Shown here one piece after another: positions 43,319 to 53,265 of a stretch of 64,000 nt of DNA. The notes below the pieces were generated by a model. The model saw only the letters and a program-made list of their open reading frames with translations. It was not told where the DNA came from and did no database searches. Both the position numbers and the translations under genes were made by a program. Each line of letters starts with the position of its first letter. Position 1 is the stretch's first letter. The DNA comes from a virus: positions 64,001 through 128,000 of the IMG/VR virus record IMGVR_UViG_3300028840_005911; one strand, written 5' to 3'.

Positions 43319-44770
43319 TCAGTGGATGGTGGCTCCAAGTTTTGTCAGGTGACGCCTTGGGGGCCAGACCACTCCGTGGCGAGGGACTTCGAGACGATTG
43401 AGAAGCTCAACCCACCCTTTCCGAGACCGTTCGACTCTGTTCTCAAGTATGATAGGGCTCCATTCCTGGCTCATCACGCCCTTACTAACGCAGTACAGTT
43501 TTGGCCACGGTACCGTGGCGTATGCCCTGGCCCTCTCATTTGGAGTTGACTCGTCCGTGAGAATCACGACCCCTGTGAGGTCCGGGAGGCCTTCCTTGAA
43601 GTCCTCCGCAGTCTTGATGCCGTGCCCCCTGAGATATTCAACGGTGTCGTCGTAGTTGTAGCCTGTATACGGGAGACCGACACTCCTGGTGAGTGCTGCC
43701 AGGGCCTCCGTCCAGGTACGGAAACTCTCCGAGAAATTATTTCCCCTCCGCATGACCACCTTGTACCTGCCGCCCTCCAGGTTATTTTGGAAGAGGTGGT
43801 AGACCGTGTAATCTTGCGACCTTGCCATATCGATCCCTTTAAGAGAATCCTTCTCGAAGAACACTGCAACTTTCGAAAGGTCCGAGGCGTTGGGCTTAGT
43901 CGCTTCCTGGAAATCGACCTCCAGCTTAGCCCCTCTGTTCCTGAGCCTGAAGAGGAACTCAGAGGTGTTGCTTTCCGGGTCATCGTACTCCACCTGAGTG
44001 AAAACCAGAGGAGTGTGAAGGAGGCTGAACAGGGTCTCCCAAGCTATCCTCCAGTTTGGTACAGTCGTGCAGCATCCGGCTCCTCCTTCTGTCCCGTCGA
44101 CCACTATCACGTGCTTCGCCCAATGCCATATTACATCTACTCGTGCGTTGTCGGAGAGGATGTAGATACTGTAACCTTCCTTGTGTGCCCGAGCTATTGC
44201 CGAGGTGTCGTATCTCCTTTTGCCGAATTGCTCCACGAACACAGCAACCTTGCTGAGGTCTGGTTTGTTACCGCCCCAGAACGTCCCCTCTGGCCTCTCC
44301 GGAGTTGACAACACACCCTGTATCTCACGCTTGAAAGAGTTCTTGGTGAGGTCCCATGTCGCCTGGTACATAGCAGTGTCATCCCTCTCTGAGCTGTCTT
44401 GCTCTGGGAACTCGGCGCGGACCTTCTCTGCAGCCATCTCGTCGTTGAAGATGGCAATCTTGTTCCTAGTATTTTTGTCCCTCACGACGACCCAAGGCCA
44501 CTTGCCGTGGAGGGCGAGAACGACTGGGACGATATCACTGTTGATGTGGAACCAGCGCCCCTCTGACCCGGGAGGGAACTCATACCCGACGAGCTCGAAG
44601 AAGTACAGATCCTTTGACCACCTGAGGTGCTTGAGAACTATAGTCTTCATACACTCGAACCGTTCCCTGTCGTCGTACCTCCACTTGTCTATCTTGATGC
44701 CGCCGCCGAGCATCAAGATGTTGCCGAGCTCAGAGCTCTTGATCTTGCGGACCTTTCTCATAATCTTCAT
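43319..44770 (-). CDS. hypothetical protein; paralogous N-terminal domain plus three internal repeats
   Basis: IKSSEL...LRWSKDLY; DLSKVAVF twice and DLTGVVIL. Confidence 0.7.
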   Translation of the reverse strand: MKIMRKVRKIKSSELGNILMLGGGIKIDKWRYDDRERFECMKTIVLKHLRWSKDLYFFELVGYEFPPGSEGRWFHINSDIVPVVLALHGKWPWVVVRDKNTRNKIAIFNDEMAAEKVRAEFPEQDSSERDDTAMYQATWDLTKNSFKREIQGVLSTPERPEGTFWGGNKPDLSKVAVFVEQFGKRRYDTSAIARAHKEGYSIYILSDNARVDVIWHWAKHVIVVDGTEGGAGCCTTVPNWRIAWETLFSLLHTPLVFTQVEYDDPESNTSEFLFRLRNRGAKLEVDFQEATKPNASDLSKVAVFFEKDSLKGIDMARSQDYTVYHLFQNNLEGGRYKVVMRRGNNFSESFRTWTEALAALTRSVGLPYTGYNYDDTVEYLRGHGIKTAEDFKEGLPDLTGVVILTDESTPNERARAYATVPWPKLYCVSKGVMSQEWSPIILENRVERSRKGWVELLNRLEVPRHGVVWPPRRHLTKLGATIH

Positions 44771-45086
44771 CGCTTCCCTCCTTTATTGGTTCGTACCTGT
44801 GGACTTGCTCAAGATACCTGATGGCATCCTTCAGGACCAAAACCGAGTCCCGTAGTTCAAGAAGTTGGACCCTCATTATGCAGATATCTTGGTGGAGATG
44901 CTCGGCCACCCTCCTTTCAGGAGTGTTGTCGCTCCCGTCCGATAGAAGATCGTAGGTCTTCCTGATAGCATTGGCGGCATTGAGCATGTCATCTCCAGCA
45001 CTCAGGAGGTGAGAGTCAGCCTCACGTGTCCGCGCTGTCGCCTTACCGAGATTCTTCCAGTTCATCTTCATTCTTGCCATATCCAT
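44730..45086 (-). CDS. hypothetical helical protein
   Basis: ORF track; start at 45086 inferred. Confidence 0.5.
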   Translation of the reverse strand: MDMARMKMNWKNLGKATARTREADSHLLSAGDDMLNAANAIRKTYDLLSDGSDNTPERRVAEHLHQDICIMRVQLLELRDSVLVLKDAIRYLEQVHRYEPIKEGSDEDYEKGPQDQEL

Positions 45087-45484
45087 ATCCCTTGTTGCCC
45101 CTTGGCGGGTATTGGTTCGTCGAACTTCTTGATGTCCTCGAGGAACAGACCGTAGATCTTGTACCCGAGGAAAGCAGGTGGAGTAGCGCAGCTGCACAGA
45201 GCTCGAGACGAGTCTCCGTCATTCAACTCACGGTGGGCCACTACCTCTGCGGTAGCCAGCACACATCCGAATGGGAGACGCTCCGGTATATATTTGAACA
45301 GCGTCACCGTATCGACGTAATTCCCAAGCGCCATAAGGTAGTGCTGTGAGTACGACTTAGCCGCGTGTATTGCTATCTGCTGTCCTAAGAGGGATTTGAA
45401 CCTGTCATGCTTCCTCGTCTCTATCGTCTTCAGCCCGTCTGCTATCAACGACGCCCAGGGTTGCCAGATCGTGATTGCTCTCAT
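45068..45484 (-). CDS. ASCH domain protein
   Basis: MRAITIWQPWASLIADGLKTIETR...IAIHAAK...PIPAKGQQGIW. Confidence 0.9.
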   Translation of the reverse strand: MRAITIWQPWASLIADGLKTIETRKHDRFKSLLGQQIAIHAAKSYSQHYLMALGNYVDTVTLFKYIPERLPFGCVLATAEVVAHRELNDGDSSRALCSCATPPAFLGYKIYGLFLEDIKKFDEPIPAKGQQGIWIWQE

Positions 45485-45522
45485 CGCGTGTCTCCTTCTG
45501 GGTAAGCTTTTCCTTCACTGTT

Positions 45523-45549
45523 CTTATACCAGAAGATGAGAGGATTCTT
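45523..45549 (-). promoter_or_regulatory. phage promoter motif
   Basis: Minus strand AAGAAT-N15-TATAAGAA. Confidence 0.6.
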
Positions 45550-45559
45550 CGAAGGAGTA

Positions 45560-45762
45560 AAAAAGAGTGGTGGGGTAGGATCACCACTCTATGTGACTCA
45601 GCAGGGATAATCCCCTGCTGGAAACATGTCCGGCTTTCACCCCGGCACTTCCCTACCCAGTAGAGTTGCGAGTCACCAGCATCTCTACCCCAGGTGAGTT
45701 ATCCATGCTCACCCGGAAAAGTGGTCGTTGGCGAGTGACGTCCGGGCAGGACGTATTCCTCG
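45560..45762 (-). ncRNA. multi-hairpin non-coding 3' region plus terminator
   Basis: Stems ACGTCC/GGACGT, GGTGAG/CTCACC, GTAGAG/CTCTAC, CAGCAGGG/CCCTGCTG; terminator AGAGTGGTG/CACCACTCT-TTTTT. Confidence 0.5.
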
Positions 45763-45764
45763 CC

Positions 45765-46052
45765 TCACTGTTCTTGTACCACATCCACGGTCGGATTTTC
45801 CACCTTCATGATGGGCCGGTCACCTTCCTTCCAGACCGGGATGGGGATGTCCTCTTTGACGGCGCACTTGTAACAGATGCGCTCTTCCTTGACGACCTCA
45901 GTCCCAACTCCGCCACGGTCTATTCTGCGGCTCTTTCCCCATCCGTCGGGAGTGAACCTCTCGGGGTATTCTTTCTCCCGGGTCTCGGAAACGATCTTGA
46001 TTTCCCGCTGCCCGAGCTCCGAATGCTTGCCGCACCTATCACACTTGTACAT
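45765..46052 (-). CDS. small Zn-finger protein
   Basis: MYKCDRCG...ICYKC; GGAGGTG SD. Confidence 0.65.
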   Translation of the reverse strand: MYKCDRCGKHSELGQREIKIVSETREKEYPERFTPDGWGKSRRIDRGGVGTEVVKEERICYKCAVKEDIPIPVWKEGDRPIMKVENPTVDVVQEQ

Positions 46053-46065
46053 CTCACCTCCTAGA

Positions 46066-48345
46066 CTAGGTATTGCCCTTTTCGATGACCACCTTCTTCA
46101 ACCTCACCGAGAACATCAGCCTCTTCAGCTTGTCCAACTCGACATCTACCTGGTGACCGGTCATGGTGCCAAAGCGCTTGAAGGGGTATCTGGAACTCCT
46201 GAACTTGAAGGCCGCTCCGTCGCGGCAGAACGTGAACTTGAGCCTCAGTTCTTGCTCATCAAGGACTGGCTCTATGTGCACCTCGTCGTACTCCGTACCC
46301 ACGCGATCCTCGATGTGATCGAAGACGTTCCTTGAGAGGGATGGGTACTGGGTATCTTCTTGGGTCTCCTTGATGATCCTCCTCAGTTCCATTTCCGCAT
46401 CGACGGTGAGAACGTATTCTCCCTCTACCATGGACAGCTCTTCAGGGAGAAGCCTCCCAGATACGCTGCCAATGAGATCGTCATTGCGGTAGAGGCGCAG
46501 ATTGGCGAAAGCCTTTCCGTGTCTGGTGCCCTTGGTGATGAACTCCGGCCTGATGGAGCCGTAGGACTTGTCCAAGTTGTTTTCCCACGTCACGCTGACA
46601 TCTGACCAGATATGATCTTTCTCAGGAAGCGGGAAGTACTTCTCTCCTCTCATCCACACCGGCACAGATAACCTTTTGGCGACATCCATCATCGCTTTGT
46701 AGATGACCGAGGAGTCGTGGAACTTTGACCAGTACTCATCGACATCCTGGAAGGAAACATCGAAGTCCCTGCGGCAAACCAGCTTGTTGTCCTTGTGAAG
46801 GCCAATTGTCACGCGCGCCGTCACACCAACGAAGTCAACGGAGTTCCCGCTGACCGACGCTCCATCAAATTCGAGGCTCCGGCTAGACGCCCACTCGACC
46901 ACCTCGTTGGCAAGGTCCTCTGCGAAACTGTTCGTACCGCCCCTCTTCCTACCCAGCCACACCTTCTGAGCTGCGGCGCAGGCCATCTTCTGTATCTGCT
47001 CGTAAACGTCCCCGGCACCGAGAAGGTGCCTGTTGTCGAATTCCAACCTCATGGTTCCGCAGGGTCTGGCGTTCGACAACAGCCTGACATCGACTATCGT
47101 GGTGCCGTTCACAGGGGAGTTCAAACAGGTTTCCGCGTAGAAGGAATCGAAGTCGTCCCCTTCTGAGAAATCGAGCTCTGGATCTTCCGGGTACTCTGGT
47201 AGATCGGTCATGCTCATGACCTCTCTACTGGTGAATATCTTGGTCAGCTTACGATCCTTGACGGCGCAATCGGACATCTCCAGTGGCCCTCCACCTTGCT
47301 TCTTCCAGTACCTCTCCGCAGCTGCGCACATCATCTTGAAAGCGAAGTCCACCAGATCGTTGAAATCCTCCACGGACTCCGGTATCTCGCTGTTGTGGAT
47401 GGGGAGTCTGACCTCCCCTACCCTATTGTCCTTGTTGGCATGCGCGGGTGAACCGTACAGATAAGCCGCAGCGAATATACCACCTTTGCCCGGAACTAGA
47501 CGGGTCATCATGAATGAGGAGAACTCGTCCCCAGGACTTTTGTCCCAGTAATCGACACTGAGGTCACAGATGGGGTCCTCCTCGAATGACTCGTCCCCTC
47601 TCCAATGGGATTTCCACTGGGATTTGCGCAGCGTCTTTACGTGACCGTGCTCCTTGAACAGCTCCGCCACACCTTCATCGGTGAAGAACGTGGGCAGCTT
47701 GGCAGGGGGCGCTTCTACCCGCCTATCGACGACAGGTTTACCGAGCTTATTGACCTCCTTCCTGAGCTTCTTGAGATTGGAATCGAGGTTGTCTTTCCGT
47801 ACAACAGGCTCCGGATGTCTGTAGGTGTACTCAAGAGGTTTGATTCCAGCCGGGAGGTGCTTCAGATCCTTGAGGGAGTTTTGGACAATAGACTTGGTGG
47901 TTTCGTCAAATTGTCCAACGACTCCTTTGGTTCCTTCTTCGATGCCGGCGGTTACAGTAGCGTACATGCAGTACATCTCCGCGAGCTCGGCATCGTTCAT
48001 CACCGAAACCCTCTTGTCATGGCGGAAGGAGAAGACTTCGACAATGGGGTACTTGCTTGGCGTAATGTACCCATACCCATGGCCCAATCTTGGAACGGTC
48101 AGGAGTCTTTTTTCATCCCCATCCCGGTCCCGGGGGTACGAGACATCCTCGAATCTATCATCCCACTCCATGACGTACAGCTTCTTTTGCCACCTGAGGA
48201 AGCTCAGTATGGCCGTCACACCCCTTTCCACCCGTTTCCAGCCGTGACGTGTGAAATCCTCCTTTGGGTAGGTTCCCGGGTCAATATTGAGCTTGCAGAT
48301 CAGGAAATCTTTGAGCTCGGAGCTCTTTATCTCACGAACCTTCAT
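46066..48345 (-). CDS. large hypothetical protein with paralogous N-terminal domain
   Basis: 759 aa; IKSSEL...FLRWQKKLY. Confidence 0.7.
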   Translation of the reverse strand: MKVREIKSSELKDFLICKLNIDPGTYPKEDFTRHGWKRVERGVTAILSFLRWQKKLYVMEWDDRFEDVSYPRDRDGDEKRLLTVPRLGHGYGYITPSKYPIVEVFSFRHDKRVSVMNDAELAEMYCMYATVTAGIEEGTKGVVGQFDETTKSIVQNSLKDLKHLPAGIKPLEYTYRHPEPVVRKDNLDSNLKKLRKEVNKLGKPVVDRRVEAPPAKLPTFFTDEGVAELFKEHGHVKTLRKSQWKSHWRGDESFEEDPICDLSVDYWDKSPGDEFSSFMMTRLVPGKGGIFAAAYLYGSPAHANKDNRVGEVRLPIHNSEIPESVEDFNDLVDFAFKMMCAAAERYWKKQGGGPLEMSDCAVKDRKLTKIFTSREVMSMTDLPEYPEDPELDFSEGDDFDSFYAETCLNSPVNGTTIVDVRLLSNARPCGTMRLEFDNRHLLGAGDVYEQIQKMACAAAQKVWLGRKRGGTNSFAEDLANEVVEWASSRSLEFDGASVSGNSVDFVGVTARVTIGLHKDNKLVCRRDFDVSFQDVDEYWSKFHDSSVIYKAMMDVAKRLSVPVWMRGEKYFPLPEKDHIWSDVSVTWENNLDKSYGSIRPEFITKGTRHGKAFANLRLYRNDDLIGSVSGRLLPEELSMVEGEYVLTVDAEMELRRIIKETQEDTQYPSLSRNVFDHIEDRVGTEYDEVHIEPVLDEQELRLKFTFCRDGAAFKFRSSRYPFKRFGTMTGHQVDVELDKLKRLMFSVRLKKVVIEKGNT

Positions 48346-48358
48346 GGCTGGCCCTCCT

Positions 48359-49300
48359 TCACATGCTGTTGAACTTCTTCATGTCGTCGGGGTTGAACTT
48401 CACTTCTACGCCAGGCTGCGGAAAATTCTGCAAGGCGGGTCCGTCGGACCGGTCCCGTCCGAAGAACTTTGAAGGTAGCGCGTACGTCTCGAGGGCCAGC
48501 TTATTGAGGAGGTCCTGGAATTCCTGAAAAGTCTCAGGCTTCTCTTCCATTTCGATACACCCTATGTCCTTACTGTACCGGATGTCGGAGATGCGCCCAC
48601 TTTCGGGTTCAACTATCTCGAACGTGAAGGCTCCCTCACGTATCTCAGACCTCTTGGTGACGTACAGCCTTATTTCGGAGTTGCGAGCCACAACGTAGGT
48701 TTGGCCGGCTCCAGCCCCTCCAGTTATCTTCACGAGCTTGCCAACGTGCTCGTCCCCCTTCCACTCACCCTTGTCCCTCACGATATTCCCGACCGAGTCG
48801 TAGATCCCGGACTGTTCCTTCTCAATGACGCGCACTCCTCCGCTGAGGGTGAACTGCGGCTCTGCCTTGTCGTCCTCCTTGAAATGGCTATTGATGCTCT
48901 CGATCACATCAGAATTAGCCCTCATGACCGTGTCGATTGGCTCCCGGTCGTTGAAGATTGTGAACCCGCCGCCCGGGGAAAGAACCTCAACAAGCGGCCA
49001 ATCCCCGATGAGGTGGCCCTGTACCAGGACTGAGTTGTGGGCGAAGCCCTGGCCCCAAACCCAGCAGTTCTCCTCGCCTTTGAGAAGACGGAGGGGCGAC
49101 ACCAGATACAGCTCCTTCTGCCACTTGAGGAACTTCTTGATCTCCAAGACGAGGCGCTTGACGCACTTGTCTTCCTTGCCGAGCCGGCTCTTCGGGACCT
49201 TGAGGCTCTCCTCGTAGGTTCTCGCGAAGATCTTACCTTTACCACGAAGCACGCTCTCGAGCTCAGAGATCTTGATCTTCCTAATCCTTACGTCACTCAT
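48359..49300 (-). CDS. hypothetical protein with paralogous N-terminal domain
   Basis: IKISEL...FLKWQKELY; start at 49300 by ATGA overlap. Confidence 0.7.
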   Translation of the reverse strand: MSDVRIRKIKISELESVLRGKGKIFARTYEESLKVPKSRLGKEDKCVKRLVLEIKKFLKWQKELYLVSPLRLLKGEENCWVWGQGFAHNSVLVQGHLIGDWPLVEVLSPGGGFTIFNDREPIDTVMRANSDVIESINSHFKEDDKAEPQFTLSGGVRVIEKEQSGIYDSVGNIVRDKGEWKGDEHVGKLVKITGGAGAGQTYVVARNSEIRLYVTKRSEIREGAFTFEIVEPESGRISDIRYSKDIGCIEMEEKPETFQEFQDLLNKLALETYALPSKFFGRDRSDGPALQNFPQPGVEVKFNPDDMKKFNSM

Positions 49301-49596
49301 GGTTTCATTCCCTCCTTGTCCGGCAGCTTGTCGAACTTCTCGTGGTATTCTACAAACAAATCGGACAGGATTGCCATCTTTCTTATACAGCTCCATTGCT
49401 CGTCGGTGAAAAGCCGTCTGAAGTGTTCAGCATCCTCTACGGTGCCGACCATCTCATCGACCTGGTCCTCGAGCTCCACGAAAGCGTAGTAGAATACGTT
49501 CTTGATGTGCTCGTGGCTCGCCCTGTCCGATAGCAGCTCCAGTTCCTTCTTCTTGTACTCCTCATACTCTTCCGGTGAGTATACCTTAATCGCCAT
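49297..49596 (-). CDS. hypothetical phage protein
   Basis: ORF track. Confidence 0.6.
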   Translation of the reverse strand: MAIKVYSPEEYEEYKKKELELLSDRASHEHIKNVFYYAFVELEDQVDEMVGTVEDAEHFRRLFTDEQWSCIRKMAILSDLFVEYHEKFDKLPDKEGMKP

Positions 49597-50014
49597 GGCC
49601 CTTCTCCTTGCACCTCTTCTCGAGCTTCTCTATGCCGTGAAGGAGCTCGTCCACCACCCCTTTACAGGGCGGCTTCTTGCACGGGCCCGCCAGTCTTCCA
49701 GAGCACTCGTCTATTCCCCAGTCTATTTTGCGGCAGATTTTCGTGCCACCGTAATTGGCGGAGTCGAGGTAGTATTCGCACGTTGCGGACGAGGGTACTA
49801 TCGCGGCCCCCAAGGCGTAGAGCATCCAGAAGCAGCAGAAGACCACGAACAGGTAGGCCACGAAGTGGTAGTCTCCCACGGCCCACTCCACGAATCTCTT
49901 GAACTTGCTCTCGAACTTCCTTTCCTGCTCGAGCCTGTCCGCAGCCTTCCTGAGGTCTTCTTCTAGGACCTCGATCCTTCTCTCGTAGTATTCTTTGCTA
50001 TCAGCCACTGGCAT
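49586..50014 (-). CDS. membrane protein
   Basis: TM segment FVAYLFVVFCCFWMLYALGAAIV. Confidence 0.55.
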   Translation of the reverse strand: MPVADSKEYYERRIEVLEEDLRKAADRLEQERKFESKFKRFVEWAVGDYHFVAYLFVVFCCFWMLYALGAAIVPSSATCEYYLDSANYGGTKICRKIDWGIDECSGRLAGPCKKPPCKGVVDELLHGIEKLEKRCKEKGHGD

Positions 50015-50681
50015 CGTCTCTTCCTTTCAGCGCCGGGGTATATCCCGACTTCAGCGCGTCCAGACCGGTCTGGTGTACCATCATCGTCACGAAGGCGTCC
50101 ATCTCGGCCTTGGCCGACACGACCACCTTGTCCATGGCCTCTTCGAAGAGCTCGAGCATGAACGGCAGGTGGTTGGTCAGCTCACTGTGTACCGCCTGGA
50201 ACTTGGCCACGAGGTTCTTGCGCTCCTCTTTGTTGAGAGGTCTCTTCTCCTTAAACCTCTCCCTGGTCTCGATGACAGCTTCTTTCAAGTAGGTCACGGC
50301 CTCCCTGATATTCTTCCCGACCACCTTCCTGGACCTCTCGTGTACGTGCTCTTCGGCCGGCGGAGGGGGAACGCCCACCATCTCACCTTCACGGACCCTC
50401 TCCAGGGTACACGGAACCCCGCCAGCCCCCATGTTCACGGTCGTCAGCATGGTAGCGAACTGAGCAGCCGACATCCTGAGCCGCAGGATGGGCTTGTCAG
50501 GCATGTATAGGTCTTCGGTCGGCATCTCTCGGTCACGCTCTACTCTGCCTTCGTACACTTCGATTGACATGTACGAGCCGTAGGAAGGCAGGGAAGAAGC
50601 GAAGAACCTCACGTCTCCCTGCGTCCTTCTCAGGGCTATCATCCCATAGCTGGGGTGCCGGTCTGTGTATCTGTCCTTCAT
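50001..50681 (-). CDS. hypothetical phage protein
   Basis: HPSYGMIALRR motif; GGAGGG SD; promoter at 50719. Confidence 0.7.
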   Translation of the reverse strand: MKDRYTDRHPSYGMIALRRTQGDVRFFASSLPSYGSYMSIEVYEGRVERDREMPTEDLYMPDKPILRLRMSAAQFATMLTTVNMGAGGVPCTLERVREGEMVGVPPPPAEEHVHERSRKVVGKNIREAVTYLKEAVIETRERFKEKRPLNKEERKNLVAKFQAVHSELTNHLPFMLELFEEAMDKVVVSAKAEMDAFVTMMVHQTGLDALKSGYTPALKGRDDASG

Positions 50682-50718
50682 GAATCCCTCCTTGGGTTAA
50701 TGTGTTTCCTTCATGATT

Positions 50719-50755
50719 CTTATACCTGAAAAGATGCCGGCTTTTGGGGTATAAG
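50719..50755. promoter_or_regulatory. overlapping divergent pair of phage promoters
   Basis: CTTATA (50719-24) and TATAAG (50750-55), with GAAAAG and CTTTTG upstream boxes nested in each other's spacer. Confidence 0.7.
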
Positions 50756-50817
50756 AAACGTGAGATGAAAGTTACCGTCAAGTACCCATCAAGTACCCAT
50801 CAAGTTAGGAGACCACC

Positions 50818-51270
50818 ATGGGAATACAACCTTCTGACAACATAATAGACGAGCTCGTCCGAGACATCGAGTACCCTATCACGGTCCACACCTTGCCGAA
50901 AGAAGATGGAGGAGGGTTCTTTGCCTATCTCCCAGACATCGGTCACTCGGCATGTAGTGCTGCCGGAGACACCCTCGAGGAGGCCATCTATATACTCAAA
51001 GACGTTCTTGAAGGAGTCACCGAGGTCTACGAAGAAAGAGGTTACAAGATTCCTCGACCCTCTGGAGATCCAGTCAACGACGACTTCCCCACGGCCAGAG
51101 TCCTACTAAGGCAGGCTGTTTTCAAGCTCGAGTCCGACGATCCGGCAGATGGATCCTGGACCAGCTGGATAGAGAATGCCAAGAAGCGGGTGCAGTGGGA
51201 CCCGGAAGTGGACGGCAAACCACTATCTGACGAAGATCGAGAGCTGCTGAAGAAGCTGGAGGGAAGATGA
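50818..51270 (+). CDS. hicB: HicB-like antitoxin domain protein (orphan)
   Basis: YPITVHTLPKEDGGGFFAYLPDI..CSAAGDTLEEAI..LKDVL...YEERGYKIPRP. Confidence 0.8.
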   Translation: MGIQPSDNIIDELVRDIEYPITVHTLPKEDGGGFFAYLPDIGHSACSAAGDTLEEAIYILKDVLEGVTEVYEERGYKIPRPSGDPVNDDFPTARVLLRQAVFKLESDDPADGSWTSWIENAKKRVQWDPEVDGKPLSDEDRELLKKLEGR

Positions 51271-51527
51271 GTTCATTCGAATGTCCCGTATGCGGGAAAG
51301 AGTTCTGGGGGTCTACTTGCTCGCACTGCCTGAAGAGTATGACCACTCTGGAGTTCGATACGCGCCTGAGAGAGATCCTCAAAGACATGACCGGAGAGGA
51401 ACTCCTGGATATTCCCGGGGTGTACGAGGCAGTTTCTGAGTATTTCAACAACGAGGTGCTGGACAACTGGTATAACGATAAAGTGATGGAGGTTGGATAT
51501 GGACAACGAGAGCCGCTACAGGACTGA
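51267..51527 (+). CDS. hypothetical phage protein
   Basis: ATGA overlap. Confidence 0.55.
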   Translation: MSSFECPVCGKEFWGSTCSHCLKSMTTLEFDTRLREILKDMTGEELLDIPGVYEAVSEYFNNEVLDNWYNDKVMEVGYGQREPLQD

Positions 51528-51774
51528 CCCGACCTTCAAGGCATACGCCGATATGGTGACGCGCATCATAGAAGATGGGCAGATAACTGCAGAGGAACTG
51601 CTTTCAGCAACCAAGGTCGGTATCACCAACTACCAGGTCAGGAACGTGGAGCTCCGCTATTACCCTGTCATCTGCGGGCATACTCTGAAGTGCATCACAA
51701 CCCCTGACAGAGTGTGTCGTAGGCCTAAGGGTCACGGCGGGGCCCACGGCGATGGGGACGGGTACATGTGGTAA
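51493..51774 (+). CDS. hypothetical phage protein
   Basis: ORF track; bidirectional terminator 51778-51807 follows. Confidence 0.55.
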   Translation: MDMDNESRYRTDPTFKAYADMVTRIIEDGQITAEELLSATKVGITNYQVRNVELRYYPVICGHTLKCITTPDRVCRRPKGHGGAHGDGDGYMW

Positions 51775-51810
51775 AGGTAAAAGAGAGGATTCAACCCTCT
51801 CTTTTAGCTC

Positions 51811-52200
51811 TCATTCGAGAACCCACATCGCACCATTGTGGTTGTATTTCTTACCGCACTGGCACTCGAAGAAACTTGAGGCATCACTGATATAGCCGGA
51901 CCACCCGCATTCGCACCGGTAGTGATGATCTTCCCCCACTGCTGTCAGCTTCTCTCCTACTGGAGGCCAGTACTCTTCAGCCATAGTCATGATCCTGAGA
52001 TCGAGGCCAATCTTACGGGCGTCCTCGAGCATATCCTGAAGGACCTTCCGCACGACGACCACCTTCTCCAGCATTGGGGTGGGATCAGTGCCCTTACTGG
52101 CTATCAGTATCCTGTCCAAAGACCCAAGGCACCCTCTGATCCTGTCGTCGGCCTTCTGCAGGTCTTCTTCGGCTGCTTCTAGAGCATCCATCCTGGTCAT
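51811..52200 (-). CDS. hypothetical protein with C-terminal Zn ribbon
   Basis: CECGW...CQCG. Confidence 0.6.
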   Translation of the reverse strand: MTRMDALEAAEEDLQKADDRIRGCLGSLDRILIASKGTDPTPMLEKVVVVRKVLQDMLEDARKIGLDLRIMTMAEEYWPPVGEKLTAVGEDHHYRCECGWSGYISDASSFFECQCGKKYNHNGAMWVLE

Positions 52201-52400
52201 TCTTTCTTCCTCTCACGGACAGCCCTGGCAACAGCGCAGGCCGTGCAGTCACAATCGTCTCTCTTGGCTCTCCTGGACTCTCGGCAGACACGTGATACTA
52301 GGACAGCGTTCTTTACGTTGTCCGGATCCCAGTGCCATCGGTTGTCTACTACAGCGCTTCCATCTGCTTTGAGCTCTACCGAGACCACGGCCTCCTCCAT

Positions 52401-52871
52401 TTAGTTGGGTTCTACGATTGGTATGGTGTTTCCGCCGACGTTGATGAGAATGGGTTTGTCCCTCCTGATGGGCATAGCCTTCAATATGTCTTCGATTGAT
52501 GTTCCCTCCTCGAAGGTCCAGATCTCCCTGTCATCGAGCTTCTCGATGTTCTCGACATGGTCGGGGAGCTTGGACAGCTTGACAGCCGTCAAGTGGTCAT
52601 AGAGACATTCTACGCTGCAGAACGTGAGCATCGTGTTCTTACTTGTAGGCCCGCCCTCTCCTTCGGAGAGAAAGAACATCTGTGCGCTGTGCGACCCGCA
52701 CTGCAGGCAAACCTGCTCGTTGATGTGCGTGTCCCATAGGTGGTCAACCAGTTCAGTTGCGGTGAGGTTACGCAAGATGTTCGAAGGGTCGTAGTTGCCG
52801 TCTTTGAAGAACAGATCCTGCATATTGAAGGAGACGACCAGGTCGCCGTCCTCTACACGTACTTTTGCCAT
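52401..52871 (-). CDS. hypothetical protein with Zn finger
   Basis: CLQCG...FCSVEC. Confidence 0.6.
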   Translation of the reverse strand: MAKVRVEDGDLVVSFNMQDLFFKDGNYDPSNILRNLTATELVDHLWDTHINEQVCLQCGSHSAQMFFLSEGEGGPTSKNTMLTFCSVECLYDHLTAVKLSKLPDHVENIEKLDDREIWTFEEGTSIEDILKAMPIRRDKPILINVGGNTIPIVEPN

Positions 52872-52874
52872 TTA

Positions 52875-53264
52875 TCACCTTTTGTTCCAAGGCTTGAACT
52901 TCAAGAGGGTGTGAACGTTGGGGAACTCACCCTCGAAGCAGAACGCCCTGTTATCGATTGATATGAACGCGGCGGGCTTGTGGGTAGGGTACTCAAGGTT
53001 GTTGATGAGGACCGTCGCCTCATCCGCACCGAGCTCCTCGGTAGCCCACTGCTCGATTGCTTTCTTCATCGCAGCGATACCCTGAGGATATCTGGACCTG
53101 CTGCTGAAGATACTCACGTTGAAATGATCGATGGCCTGCCTGAGCCACTGCATCGCACCGGGGACCGGGCCGTCCGGTATCTTGTCCGGGCCTTTCCACC
53201 CACTTGAATAGAGATGGAGTACCCCATCGAAGTCACAGCTCAAGGTAGGCTTTCGGTCAATCAT
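52875..53264 (-). CDS. HAD-superfamily phosphatase-like protein
   Basis: CDFDGVLH, IFSSR, KPAAFISIDNRA. Confidence 0.8.
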   Translation of the reverse strand: MIDRKPTLSCDFDGVLHLYSSGWKGPDKIPDGPVPGAMQWLRQAIDHFNVSIFSSRSRYPQGIAAMKKAIEQWATEELGADEATVLINNLEYPTHKPAAFISIDNRAFCFEGEFPNVHTLLKFKPWNKR

Positions 53265-53265
53265 T

